A stretch of 64,000 nucleotides of DNA from a bacterium (lineage in GTDB: Bacteria; UBA8248). Under the pieces are notes generated by a model. That model searched no databases. It worked only from the letters and a program-made list of their open reading frames with translations, and was not told where the DNA came from. Positions 17,201-27,084 of this stretch are shown one piece after another (position 1 is the first letter of the stretch; each line of letters begins with the position of its first letter). Position numbers and translations under genes: made by a program. The stretch lies in NCBI GenBank assembly GCA_965204535.1, contig CBDBEV010000001.1, positions 640,001-704,000 of the forward strand, given 5' to 3'.

Positions 17201-17995
17201 ATGAACGATATGGATTTGGGACTTCACGGAAAAGCCGCCATCGTCACCGGCGGGAACTCTGGGCTCGGTCTCGCGGTCGCAAGAGAACTCGCGCGTGAGG
17301 GCTGCGACGTCTGCATCTGTGCAAGGAACGAGGAGCGCCTGGCGGCGGCGAAACAGGAAATTCAGTCGGTATCTGAGGGCGTCGTGCGCGCGATGCGCTG
17401 CGACGTAAGCGCCCCGGAAGACATCGCCCGCGTGGTGGAGGAGACGGTCGCCCTTTTCGGCACCGTGCACATCCTCGTGAGCAACGCAGGCGTGAGCACG
17501 ACGAAGGATTTTCTCGACGTCGAGCGTGCGGATTGGGATTACTCGATGCGCAGTATTCTCTTCGCGGCGGCCGAGTTCAGCCGCCTGGTGATCCCCTACA
17601 TGCAGAAGCAGAAGTGGGGCCGCATCATCATGACCGGCTCCACGAGCAGCCGCCAGCCCCGGCCCCGCCGCGCCGTCTCGAACGCGTCCAAGGCGGCGCT
17701 GCTCAACTTCACGAAATCCCTCGCCGGCGAGTTCGTGCGCGACGGCATTCTCGTCAACATCGTGAACCCGGGGCGCTTCAACACCCACTGGCCCGAGCGC
17801 ATCGCGAAGATGGCGGCGGAGGGCGGCCGCACCGAAGAGGAAGTCTACGCCGAGGTGACGAAGGACATCGCTATCGGCCGCCTCGGGGAAGCGGAGGAAT
17901 TCGCGGCGGCGGTGGCTTTTCTCGCCAGCGAGCGCGCGAGCTACATCACGGGTGCTGCGCTGCAGGTCGACGGGGGCGAGATGTCTTCGATTTGA
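17201..17995 (+). CDS. SDR-family oxidoreductase
   Basis: TGGNSGLG, ILVSNAG, SNASKAA, VNIVNPG, VDGG. Confidence 0.9.
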   Translation: MNDMDLGLHGKAAIVTGGNSGLGLAVARELAREGCDVCICARNEERLAAAKQEIQSVSEGVVRAMRCDVSAPEDIARVVEETVALFGTVHILVSNAGVSTTKDFLDVERADWDYSMRSILFAAAEFSRLVIPYMQKQKWGRIIMTGSTSSRQPRPRRAVSNASKAALLNFTKSLAGEFVRDGILVNIVNPGRFNTHWPERIAKMAAEGGRTEEEVYAEVTKDIAIGRLGEAEEFAAAVAFLASERASYITGAALQVDGGEMSSI

Positions 17996-18254
17996 GGGGA
18001 CATGGGGTGTAGTTGTAATTCCGTCGGGCTCGCTCGTGGATAAGATGTTGGCAACGTGTGAATTGATTTAGTATGTTTGTAATGCTACCCATCAGGCTCG
18101 CTTGGTGGTCCCCGTTGCCCCGCGGCGCGGGGAATTTTTATGGGGTATTCACCTGAGCATTTTTATGGTATTATCGTATTTTATTCGTATATTGAAATTT
18201 TGAATATCTATGTCCAGAATGGGTGAATACAGAAAGTCGAAAGGGGAGGGAGGC

Positions 18255-18686
18255 ATGACGTCGGTTTATGATGTCGCGGAATATATTCTATCGAAAACCG
18301 GCAGGATCACGACGTGGAAACTTCAAAAGCTTGTTTATTACGTGCAGGCTTGGCATCTCGTTTGGGATGAAGAACCTTTGTTCTCCGAAGAGATTCAGGC
18401 GTGGGCGAATGGTCCAGTGTGTCCCGATTTATACAAAAAGCATCAAGGGTTTTTCCATGTCTCCACGGTCCGGGCGAGTGCCGACGCATTGTCCGAGAGC
18501 GAGTGTGAGACCGTTGATGTCGTGGTGGCTCATTACGGGGAATACAGCGGTCAGCAGCTGAGCGATCTCACGCATTCCGAACCCCCATGGATGAACGCAA
18601 GGAAGGGTATTCCGACCAGGGAAAGAGGCAATCAGGTTATCTCACATGAATCACTGGCGGAATATTATGGCTCCCTCCAGGAATAG
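18255..18686 (+). CDS. Panacea (SocA/GepA, DUF4065) antitoxin
   Basis: KLQKLVYYVQAW, LFSEEIQAWANGPV, LSDLTHSEPPW. Confidence 0.88.
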   Translation: MTSVYDVAEYILSKTGRITTWKLQKLVYYVQAWHLVWDEEPLFSEEIQAWANGPVCPDLYKKHQGFFHVSTVRASADALSESECETVDVVVAHYGEYSGQQLSDLTHSEPPWMNARKGIPTRERGNQVISHESLAEYYGSLQE

Positions 18687-19164
18687 AGGTAGACGGCGAA
18701 AAACAATTCCCCGACAATCCAGCCCCTCAAGCAGGGAATCCGTCAAGGAAGTTCGTCAGGAAATAAGTGAATCTCATGAGCATCTGGTGATTTGCTGGCA
18801 CGTGGGCAAGATCGACTGGGATGGCCCGTGGGGCATGAGGGCTTGCGCAAATCTCGATTTCAGGCGCCTCGTCGACGAAACGATTTCAAACTGGGAAACC
18901 ATGACTTGGGCCGAGTTGTATCGGGCGAGCGGCGGTAGAAGGCGAGGCACCAACCATCATCCGATCCTCGTTTCGAAACTTTCCTCGACCGCAAAGAAAA
19001 GACTCAAAGACATCGAAGAAGACGACATCGAGACAATCGTATCATTGCGGATCAACTCCAGGGAAAGACTGTATGGAATCAGGGCCGGTCAGGTGTTTGA
19101 GGTGCTCTGGTACGATCCGTGGCACGACAATCGCAGCAAAGCCGTCTGCCCGACCAGAAAATAA
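18667..19164 (+). CDS. Putative toxin partnered with Panacea (possibly RelE-like)
   Basis: Overlaps the antitoxin 3' end; SLRINSRERLYGIR...FEVLWYDPWH C-terminal motif. Confidence 0.65.
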   Translation: MAPSRNRGRRRKTIPRQSSPSSRESVKEVRQEISESHEHLVICWHVGKIDWDGPWGMRACANLDFRRLVDETISNWETMTWAELYRASGGRRRGTNHHPILVSKLSSTAKKRLKDIEEDDIETIVSLRINSRERLYGIRAGQVFEVLWYDPWHDNRSKAVCPTRK

Positions 19165-19194
19165 GGAAACCTCGCCGGGGAAGTTTTGGATGCG

Positions 19195-19569
19195 CTATGT
19201 CATCGCGGCGGTGAGTTGAAACCCCGCCCAGACGGCGAGGAGACACCCGACGACCGAGAGCGCCACGTAGAGCGCCGCGAGGAGCCAGTCGCCTTCCTGG
19301 AACATGAGGAGGGTCTCGAGGCTGAAGGCGGAGAACGTGGTGAACCCGCCCAACAGTCCGATCATCGTGAACAGGCGGACTTCTTCGCTAAGCAGTTCTC
19401 TCGAAACGAGCAGTTCGTAGGTGCAACCGATGATGAACGAGCCGATGACGTTGGCCGCCAGGGTGCCGAAGGGCCAGCCTGCGCCCAGTGATCTCTGCAC
19501 GAAGAGCGCCAGTCCGTAGCGCAGCGCACTACCGATCGCGCCGCCGCCCGCTACCAAAAGCCAGTTCAA
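19195..19569 (-). CDS. crcB: Fluoride efflux channel CrcB/FluC
   Basis: GGAIGSALRY, PFGTLAANVIGSF, GLLGGFTTFSAFS; TTG start with AAGGAG RBS. Confidence 0.93.
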   Translation of the reverse strand: MNWLLVAGGGAIGSALRYGLALFVQRSLGAGWPFGTLAANVIGSFIIGCTYELLVSRELLSEEVRLFTMIGLLGGFTTFSAFSLETLLMFQEGDWLLAALYVALSVVGCLLAVWAGFQLTAAMT

Positions 19570-19701
19570 ACGAGGCTCCTTTCCGCCGTGTGGAATCCGC
19601 ACCGCCTTGGTCTCACCGAAAATGACACCATTGCGGATACGGCGCAAGAGTTTCGCTGTCCCTCGCTTTTCGGGCGCGTCTTTGTCTCCTAAAATGCCTG
19701 G

Positions 19702-20937
19702 ATGGATGAGACGAGCGTGAGCAACGCCCAAGAGGACTGGAAGGCGCAGCTAGGTGCGGAGTTGCGCGAACTCACCGAAGCCAACCTGCACCGGAATCTG
19801 CGCATCGTCGAGGGGATGCAGGGCCCCATCATGCGTTATGGCGGCAGGACCCTCGTCAATCTTTCGAGCAACAACTACCTGGGCCTCGCGGGCTATCCCG
19901 CCATCATCGAGGCGTCCGTCGAGGCGGCCAGAACCGCAGGCGCGAGCGGGGCCGCCTCCCCGCTCATTTCGGGTCACATGGCCGCCCACGAGGAGCTGGC
20001 GCGCGCGCTGGCCGCCTTCAAGCGAAAGGACACCGCGCTCGTCTTCGGCTCGGGTTTCCTGGCGAACCTGGGATTGATCACGGCCCTGACGGGTGAGGGA
20101 GACGCCGTTTTCAGCGATGCGTTAAACCACGCGAGCATCGTGGACGGCTGCCGGCTGTCGAGAGCGCGCGTCCACGTCTACCCACACGGGAGCCTCAATC
20201 GCCTGGAAGACGCCTTGAAAAAGGATTCCCGAGCGCGCCGGAAGCTCATCGTGACGGACGGCGTGTTCAGCATGGACGGGGATCTGGCGCCTCTGCCCGG
20301 AATCTGCGAACTCGCGGATAAATACAATGCCGTGCTCGTGGTGGACGACGCGCACGGCACGGGCGTCATCGGCGAGGGCGGCAGGGGGAGCGCCGCTCAC
20401 TTCGGTGTGGAGGACGGCGTTTCGGTGTCCATGGGCACGCTGGGCAAGGCGCTCGCCTCTTACGGCGCGTTCGCCTGCGCGGATTCAGAAGTGGTGGATT
20501 ACCTCATCAACAAGGCGCGGCCCTATATCTACTCGACGAGTCCCCCGCCCGCGGTGGCCGCCGCCTCCCGCGCCGCCGTTCGCGTCGCAGAAGGCGCCGA
20601 GGGGGAGCGCCGCCGGGAGAATCTGGCGAATCTCTGCGCGCGTTTTCGCGCCGGGCTTCGCTTTATCGGAGTGCGCCTGAACGAACCGCCGCCGGGTGCC
20701 GAGATTCCGATTTTCCCCATCATCATCAAGGATACGGAAAAAACGCTGGCGCTCGCGGAGTATCTAATGGAGGCGGGTGTCTACCTGCTCGCCATCCGCC
20801 CGCCCACGGTGCCCGAAGGAACCAGCAGGCTCAGGGCCACCCTCATGGCGACGCACACCGAAGCGCAGATCGACCGAACGCTCGACGCCCTGGAATCGGG
20901 TCTCAAGAAGCTGGGCCTTGCTCCCGGGGGTTGTTGA
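19702..20937 (+). CDS. bioF: 8-amino-7-oxononanoate synthase
   Basis: SSNNYLGL, NHASIVDG, DGVFSMDGD, DDAHGTG, GTLGKAL, IRPPTVP. Confidence 0.9.
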   Translation: MDETSVSNAQEDWKAQLGAELRELTEANLHRNLRIVEGMQGPIMRYGGRTLVNLSSNNYLGLAGYPAIIEASVEAARTAGASGAASPLISGHMAAHEELARALAAFKRKDTALVFGSGFLANLGLITALTGEGDAVFSDALNHASIVDGCRLSRARVHVYPHGSLNRLEDALKKDSRARRKLIVTDGVFSMDGDLAPLPGICELADKYNAVLVVDDAHGTGVIGEGGRGSAAHFGVEDGVSVSMGTLGKALASYGAFACADSEVVDYLINKARPYIYSTSPPPAVAAASRAAVRVAEGAEGERRRENLANLCARFRAGLRFIGVRLNEPPPGAEIPIFPIIIKDTEKTLALAEYLMEAGVYLLAIRPPTVPEGTSRLRATLMATHTEAQIDRTLDALESGLKKLGLAPGGC

Positions 20938-21150
20938 AAACCCCGGTCCCGATAGCGGGCGGCATGGAGGTTCACGCGGCGGCGGAGAGGAAGCCGGCTT
21001 GGCGCGAACTGGTGTGATCGGTCGTGTAGGGGCCGCATATATGCGGCCCATGGTCGGTAGGCGTAAAAGGCAGGGTCGCATGTATGCGACCCCTACAACT
21101 CCATATCCGTTGAACCGAATTACGAAATCAGGGCTTTTTCAACAAGCCTC
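20926..21150. repeat. MITE C with REP pair
   Basis: GGGGGTTGTTGAAAA ... TTTTTCAACAAGCCTC ends; inverted REPs GTAGGGGCCGCATATATGCGGCCC and GGGTCGCATGTATGCGACCCCTAC. Confidence 0.85.
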
Positions 21151-21173
21151 TCAGGCACCGCTTGGCTCTCGCT

Positions 21174-22178
21174 CTAGTCGATTTCCACAATCACGTTGCC
21201 CACCGCCTCACCCGCTTCCACGGCCTCGTGCGCGCTTGCGAGTTCATCGAGCGGGAACCGCTCGGCGATGTGATGGGTGAGCGCGTCCTCATCCAGGGCG
21301 CGGGTGATGTCCGCCGCCGCATGGAGCAGAGCCTCCGGCGGACAGCAGTGGACCATCACGAGGCGGATGGTGATGTTGTTCAGCATGAGTTCGTAGTGGG
21401 GGAAGGGAGGCGTGCGATCCCCCATGGAGGAATAAGATGTGATGACCCCGCCGATTTTCAGGATCTTGTAGTTCGTCTCCCAGTTCACGCCCAGGTTCAC
21501 GTCCACCACGCGGTCCACGCCCGCGCCGTTCGTGATCTCCATGACTCTCTCGGCGACGTCTTCTTCTCGGTAGTTGATGACGTGATCGGCCTTGGTAGCG
21601 CGCGCCGCCTTGGCCGCCGAACTCACCGTGGCGATGACTTCCGCTCCCGCCCATTTGGCCAGTTGCACCGCGTAGACGCCCACGCGGCCCGCACCGCCCG
21701 TCACCAGCACCGACTTGCCCGCAACGGGGCCGTCCGCGAACAGGCAGCGGTGGGCCGTCATGGCGGGAATGCCGAGGCACGCGCCCTCTGCGAAGGTGGT
21801 TTCCTCAGGCAGACGCACCAGAAACTTCTCCGGCAGGCAGACGTATTGCGCCGAGGTGCCGAACGCGCGTTTGTAGCGCGCGTTGTAGACCCACACCCGA
21901 TCGCCGGCTTCATGGCCGACAGCGCCCGGTCCGATCTCCTCCACGACCCCCGCCCCGTCGTTATGGGGGATGATTCTCGGGAAATCGGGAAAATGCGCGA
22001 AATAGCCCCAATCCTCGGAACCAAGGCCAGCACGGCGCTTGCAGTCCGTGGGATTCACGCCAGACGCGTGGAGCCGCACCCTTATTTCCCCGGGGCCGGG
22101 TTCGGGCGCCGCCATCTCGCCGACTTCGACCACCTCGCGCGCCCCGCCCTTGCGCTCGTACCAACCCGCTCGCATCAC
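21174..22178 (-). CDS. NADPH:quinone reductase (MDR family)
   Basis: ASGVNPTD, PHNDGAG, LVTGGAGRVG. Confidence 0.9.
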   Translation of the reverse strand: MMRAGWYERKGGAREVVEVGEMAAPEPGPGEIRVRLHASGVNPTDCKRRAGLGSEDWGYFAHFPDFPRIIPHNDGAGVVEEIGPGAVGHEAGDRVWVYNARYKRAFGTSAQYVCLPEKFLVRLPEETTFAEGACLGIPAMTAHRCLFADGPVAGKSVLVTGGAGRVGVYAVQLAKWAGAEVIATVSSAAKAARATKADHVINYREEDVAERVMEITNGAGVDRVVDVNLGVNWETNYKILKIGGVITSYSSMGDRTPPFPHYELMLNNITIRLVMVHCCPPEALLHAAADITRALDEDALTHHIAERFPLDELASAHEAVEAGEAVGNVIVEID

Positions 22179-22199
22179 TTGCGCTCTCCTTTGCCTGCC

Positions 22200-22628
22200 T
22201 TACCCGTGGGTGACCGAGACGCCCAGGTAAACGACGATGAGGGCGAGGATGAGGTTGAAGAGAAGCCACATCTTGCGCTGCGCCTTCATGCCCTCGAATC
22301 CCCTCGGGATGGTGAGCGCGACGCCCACGAAGATGATAACGAGCGCCAGGACGATTTTCACGATCAGCGATCCCGGAATGGCGAGGCCGCTCCGCACGAG
22401 GCGGGTTAAGTGGTGAAGCCCCGTCAGCAACAGGATCAGGAACGAGCCGTGGAGAATCGGGATGAACCGTTTCTGGATTTTCGCCATGAACGGCCCGCGC
22501 TCCGCTTCGGGCAAATCCGCCGCCGTGGGTATGACCACGAAACGGAGAAAGGCCACGCCGCCGACCGCAAGTATCGCGCTCAGGACGTGAAGGGTCGTGA
22601 TGATGATGCTTCCCGTGCTGTATCCCAT
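22200..22628 (-). CDS. Four-TM membrane protein (CopD-like)
   Basis: LHVLSAILAVGG, LLLTGL, four hydrophobic helices. Confidence 0.6.
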   Translation of the reverse strand: MGYSTGSIIITTLHVLSAILAVGGVAFLRFVVIPTAADLPEAERGPFMAKIQKRFIPILHGSFLILLLTGLHHLTRLVRSGLAIPGSLIVKIVLALVIIFVGVALTIPRGFEGMKAQRKMWLLFNLILALIVVYLGVSVTHG

Positions 22629-22666
22629 GAGTCGCACTCCCGTTGATGATGAGGAAATTCTTTTCT

Positions 22667-23887
22667 TTAAGCCGTGTCCTCTCCCAGCAGAACGAGGACG
22701 CCGGAATACTGGTGGAGATGGTCGATTTTTCCGATGGGCGCGATCTCGGAACCCGTGAAGAACCCCGCGACGGGCAGCCCGCGCATCTTCTCTCTGATCG
22801 CTTCGGCGTCCACCTCCATCTCCCCGTAGAGGGAACTGCCCCGGCCCGCGCAGTTGAAGTAAAGGCCGAACGCGCTTGCGTCTGAATCCTCTGAAGCGCC
22901 GAAACGGTGCGCGCCTTTTTCCAGCATGGCGCGGAGGTCATCGCGCGCACGCGAGCCGTCCCGTTTGGCGAAGGTGATGGCCTGGCCGGTCTTGACCGGC
23001 GTCGGCAGCGCGATGACGCCGCGCTCCTCGTCCGCGCCCACGATGGGCCGCACGATGTACTCGCCGTGATCGAGGGTGACCTTGTCGGGGTCCCCCGGAA
23101 TGCCGATGAACAGGTTCATGGCGGCGAAGCGGATGTTCTCCATCCATTCGGGGCCCGCCGCCTCGGCGTAGGCGTCGTATGCCCGCTCGCCCGAGATTTC
23201 CCAGACGACGTTCTCCTCCGCCCGGGTAATGAGCCGGGGCTCGCCCACCGGCAGATAGGCCTGCGATATTCCGATGAACCGCCTGGATGCGCCCGCGAAT
23301 ACGACGCCCGAGACGGCGTTTGTCTGCACCTGCCCGTCCATGAACTGGAAGGTTCTCCCCGCGGAACCGTCCTCCGCGGCGCCGCCTCCCACGATGATGG
23401 CCTCCTCGCCCAGTTCCTCGTGAATTCCCTCGAAAAGCGCGTCGGCCTGGAGGTGATAGCTGTCGGGCATGATGACGACCAGGGGCGGGTTCCCGCGGGC
23501 GAGCGCGTCTCCCAGTTCTTTTTTCGCCGTCCGGCCGATGGCGCGTCCGCATTCTGCGGGCGCGTCGGAGAGGCTCTCGACCAGAAAAGGCGCTGCGGGC
23601 GGGGCGTCTCCGCCCACCGCCAGGACCGAGATTCCCGGCGTCCGCTCGATTTCGCCCTGCGCCGTCATGACGCCGAAGCCCGTGCAGCCCACGACCCGCG
23701 CACCGCCTGTTCCCTCGGCGACGGCGGCGACCACCTCGGGCCATCTGCTCAGGTGTCCCGGCGTCGCGAACAGGAAGACGAGGGAGGCGGCGTCGAGCTT
23801 CGCCTCCGCCATGGCTTCTTCTATCGCCTCTTGCGCGGCGGCGGCGGAGTCTGCGTTCGCGGAAAGGCCGCTGCCCGCGCGCGTCAT
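22667..23887 (-). CDS. FIST domain protein
   Basis: VVGCTG, IVGGGAA, YFNCAGRG, GFFTGSEI. Confidence 0.88.
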   Translation of the reverse strand: MTRAGSGLSANADSAAAAQEAIEEAMAEAKLDAASLVFLFATPGHLSRWPEVVAAVAEGTGGARVVGCTGFGVMTAQGEIERTPGISVLAVGGDAPPAAPFLVESLSDAPAECGRAIGRTAKKELGDALARGNPPLVVIMPDSYHLQADALFEGIHEELGEEAIIVGGGAAEDGSAGRTFQFMDGQVQTNAVSGVVFAGASRRFIGISQAYLPVGEPRLITRAEENVVWEISGERAYDAYAEAAGPEWMENIRFAAMNLFIGIPGDPDKVTLDHGEYIVRPIVGADEERGVIALPTPVKTGQAITFAKRDGSRARDDLRAMLEKGAHRFGASEDSDASAFGLYFNCAGRGSSLYGEMEVDAEAIREKMRGLPVAGFFTGSEIAPIGKIDHLHQYSGVLVLLGEDTA

Positions 23888-24579
23888 GGAGATTCCTCAC
23901 GCATGAGCGCGCCGGGCGTCCCGTTCGTGATGAGTTTCGGTTCGCTCACCGCCTGTACGTCTTCTATGGTGAGGCCTTCGGCCACTTCTCTTAAGATGGG
24001 GCCGTCCGGCGTGAACTCGATGAACGCGATGTCGGTGAACAGCTTGGTGACCACCCGCCGCGCGGTGAGGGGATAGCTGCAATCTTCCAGGAGCTTCAGG
24101 CCGCCGTCCTTCATGGTGTGCGTCATGATGGCGTAGACCTCGCGCGCGCCCGCCGCCAGGTCCATCGCGCCGCCGATGCCGCCCTTGCCCAGGCCCGGTA
24201 CCGTCCAGTTGGCGAGGTCGCCACGGGCGGAGACCTGCAGCGCGCCCATGACGGCGATGTCGATGTGGCCGCCGCGTATCATGGCGAAGGCGTCGGCGTG
24301 ACCGAACACCGAAGCCCCCGGAAGGGTGGTGATGGGTTCGCGCGACGCGTTGATGTAGTCCTTGTCCTCCTGACCCTCCTCGGGCCTCGGGCCTGCCCCG
24401 ATGATTCCGTTCTCGGCCATGAACATCACACCGCGCCCGGCATCCACGTAATTGCCGACCAGCGTGGGGATGCCGATGCCCAGGTTCACCACCGCGCCGT
24501 CTGGCAGTTCCGCCGCCACGCGCCGGGCGATGTCGGCCGGCTTGAGGGCGCAGCTTTCAAGTTTCGGATCGGAGGTCAA
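23884..24579 (-). CDS. 3-oxoacid CoA-transferase subunit B
   Basis: VNLGIGIPT, AENG, RGGHID, GIGGAMDL. Confidence 0.9.
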   Translation of the reverse strand: MTSDPKLESCALKPADIARRVAAELPDGAVVNLGIGIPTLVGNYVDAGRGVMFMAENGIIGAGPRPEEGQEDKDYINASREPITTLPGASVFGHADAFAMIRGGHIDIAVMGALQVSARGDLANWTVPGLGKGGIGGAMDLAAGAREVYAIMTHTMKDGGLKLLEDCSYPLTARRVVTKLFTDIAFIEFTPDGPILREVAEGLTIEDVQAVSEPKLITNGTPGALMREESP

Positions 24580-25246
24580 GGTCTTCTCCTCTGACGACTC
24601 TTTGCACGTATATCGAGGGCGTGTGCACGCTCTCGGGCGCGATGACGCCGGGTTCCACGATTTCCTCCACCTCGGCGATGGTGAGCGGGGCCGCGGTCGC
24701 CATGACGGGGTTGAAGTTCGCCGCCGTGCCCCGGTAGACGAGGTTTCCTGTGCGGTCGGCCTGGTGCGCCTTGATGACGGCCACGTCGCCGGGCAGGGGA
24801 TATTCGAGCACGGCATCGCGACCGTTTATCGTGCGGGTCTCCTTGCCCTCGGCCGCCTGCGTACCGACGCCGGTGGGCGTGTAGAAGGCGGAAACGCCTG
24901 CGCCCGCCGCCCGGATTCTCTCGGCCATGGTCCCCTGGGGGAGCTGTTCGAGCTCGATTTTCCCCTCGAGATAGAGCTCCCGGAACACGAACGCGCTCCT
25001 GTGGAAGGCGTAGCTGCAGATGATTTTCTTCACCTTCCCCTGCCGGAGCAGAACGGCCAGGCCGCGCTCGCCGAAGCCCGCGTGGTTCGTGACGACGGTC
25101 AGGTCGCGCGCGGGGTGATCGGCCATGGCGACCAGGAGGTTTTCCGGGATGCCCGCGCCGCCGAACCCGCCCAGCAGAATGGTGGCGCCGTCGGGTATGT
25201 CGGCGATGGCGGCTCTGGATGATGGGTATACTTTATCGGAGGCCAA
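24557..25246 (-). CDS. 3-oxoacid CoA-transferase subunit A
   Basis: GGFGGAGIPENL, PQGTMAERIRAAGAG, NFNPVMA. Confidence 0.9.
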   Translation of the reverse strand: MASDKVYPSSRAAIADIPDGATILLGGFGGAGIPENLLVAMADHPARDLTVVTNHAGFGERGLAVLLRQGKVKKIICSYAFHRSAFVFRELYLEGKIELEQLPQGTMAERIRAAGAGVSAFYTPTGVGTQAAEGKETRTINGRDAVLEYPLPGDVAVIKAHQADRTGNLVYRGTAANFNPVMATAAPLTIAEVEEIVEPGVIAPESVHTPSIYVQRVVRGEDLDLRSET

Positions 25247-25469
25247 ATCGTCGTTCTCATGTTGAGGAAAAGTCCACGGTGCGCCGCTCGGCGCGAATTT
25301 CATTCTATTTATGCGGCATCGACCCGAAAAAATCCAGGCGGACCCCGGCTTGCCACCGGTCTCTCCGTGCCATAGAGTGCGGATTCATTTTTGCCGGGTG
25401 TGGTTTTCTTTTTTCGAGGAGTGCGTGGTGGCCAGGCAGCCCAGGCGAGCGCCGCAGGCCAAAGAGCAG

Positions 25470-27023
25470 GTGAGCAAAGAGAGGAGCATTGCGGGCTTCT
25501 ATCTCTATTTCTCGGTATTTCTCTCGGGCGGTTCGATTCTCGTCATGGAGATCGCGGCGGGGCGCGTGCTCGCCCCCCATTTCGGCAACACGCTCTACAC
25601 GTGGACCTCGATGATAGGCATCATCCTGGCCGCGCTGAGCCTCGGCTATTCCATCGGCGGGAGGCTCGCGGACCGCAACCCGTCGACCAGGCTGTTTTTC
25701 TCCCTCATGCTGGGCGGCGCGGGCCTGGTCGCCCTGGTGCCCGCCCTGCGGGGGATCCTGCTGCCCACGATGGAGGAGAGCCTGAGCCTGCAATCGGGGC
25801 CGGTGTTCGCCGGTCTCCTGCTCTTCGCCGCTCCGGGTTGCGTGCTCGCCACGCTCACGCCATTCGCGGTGAAGCTCGCCGCAAGGGGAGAGGGAAGCCT
25901 GGGAGCAGTGACGGGAAACCTCTTCACCTGGTCCACCATCGGGAGCATCCTCGGCACGTTCGCGACGGGCTTCGTCTTCATTCCCTTTTTCGGACTGAAC
26001 GGCATCTTCCTGACGACGGCGGCGGCGCTCACGCTCACGGCGACGCTGGGGCTCTACCTCAGCGGCGACCTCGCCAGATTGTTCTCGAAGCGAAACGCGC
26101 GGGCGAACCTGCTTCTCGCGGCGTTCCTCCTGGCCTCGATGGGGACGGGCGCCGCGTGGCTGGGCGTCATCCCCGGCGTGGATAAGGATACGGTGTGGGT
26201 GCGCGAGAACATGTACCACATGATCCGCGTGTTCGAGAGGGACGAAGCGGGCGGCGCGCGGGTGCGCGAGATGTTTCTGGATCACCAGCCCGAAGGGGCG
26301 ATGGTCCTGGGCGACGATAGAAAGTTCTTCTACGAATACACCCGCTTCCTGGAATTGGGGCCGCTGTTCGTGCCCCACATGAAGCGCGCGATCTTCATCG
26401 GTGGCGGCGCTTTCACGATGCCCAAGGCGCTGCATCTCATGCGGCCGGAGATGGACATCGCCGTGGCCGAACTCGACGCGGAAGTCGTCGATGCGGGGCG
26501 CAAGTTTTTCAGGCTGGGGAAGTTCCCGAAGCTCAAGAACCTGGTGGGAGACGGCAGGCGCATTCTTCGCTCATCGGGTGAAAAATACGATCTCATCGTG
26601 GGCGACGCCTACCGGGGCTTGCGGAACATACCGCCGCATCTGGTCACGAAGGAGTTTTTCGAAGAAGCGAGCGAACGCCTCTCGCCCGGCGGCGCCTTCA
26701 TGCTGAACCTGATCGGCTACCGCGCGGGCGCAGGCGGGGCGATATACGCGTCCGTCTACCGGACGATGAACAGCGTGTTCCCGGAGATTTTCATCTACAG
26801 CACCGACCCCGCGAATCCCTACACGGCGCAGAACATTCTGTTCTTCGCGTTCCGGGACGAGGACCCGGGCCGGTTCCGCCGCGTGAGCGAGGCGATGCGC
26901 CGGAAGCCCGGGTTCGCGTTCGCCGCTCGCGCGCGCGTGTCGCCGCCGGGAGAGCGCATCTACGGGCCTGTTTTGACGGACGACTACAATCCGGTGGAAT
27001 ATCTGATCGAAAGGGGACTTTAA
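25470..27023 (+). CDS. Fused MFS-like membrane / spermidine synthase-like methyltransferase
   Basis: MEIAAGRVLAPHFG, STIGSILG, IGGGAFTMP, GDGRR, PPHLVTKEFF, LTDDYNPVE; start position uncertain. Confidence 0.85.
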   Translation: MSKERSIAGFYLYFSVFLSGGSILVMEIAAGRVLAPHFGNTLYTWTSMIGIILAALSLGYSIGGRLADRNPSTRLFFSLMLGGAGLVALVPALRGILLPTMEESLSLQSGPVFAGLLLFAAPGCVLATLTPFAVKLAARGEGSLGAVTGNLFTWSTIGSILGTFATGFVFIPFFGLNGIFLTTAAALTLTATLGLYLSGDLARLFSKRNARANLLLAAFLLASMGTGAAWLGVIPGVDKDTVWVRENMYHMIRVFERDEAGGARVREMFLDHQPEGAMVLGDDRKFFYEYTRFLELGPLFVPHMKRAIFIGGGAFTMPKALHLMRPEMDIAVAELDAEVVDAGRKFFRLGKFPKLKNLVGDGRRILRSSGEKYDLIVGDAYRGLRNIPPHLVTKEFFEEASERLSPGGAFMLNLIGYRAGAGGAIYASVYRTMNSVFPEIFIYSTDPANPYTAQNILFFAFRDEDPGRFRRVSEAMRRKPGFAFAARARVSPPGERIYGPVLTDDYNPVEYLIERGL

Positions 27024-27084
27024 TACCTGGCGGCCCGGATGTGCTCGACACACCTGCCGCGTATGGAATCATGAAGGAGAAGCG

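Noticed and set aside
19570-19680. Fluoride riboswitch upstream of crcB
   Set aside because: Only GCAATGGTGTC resembles the 5' motif; the pairing CGCC and the downstream GCTRATGAC element are missing
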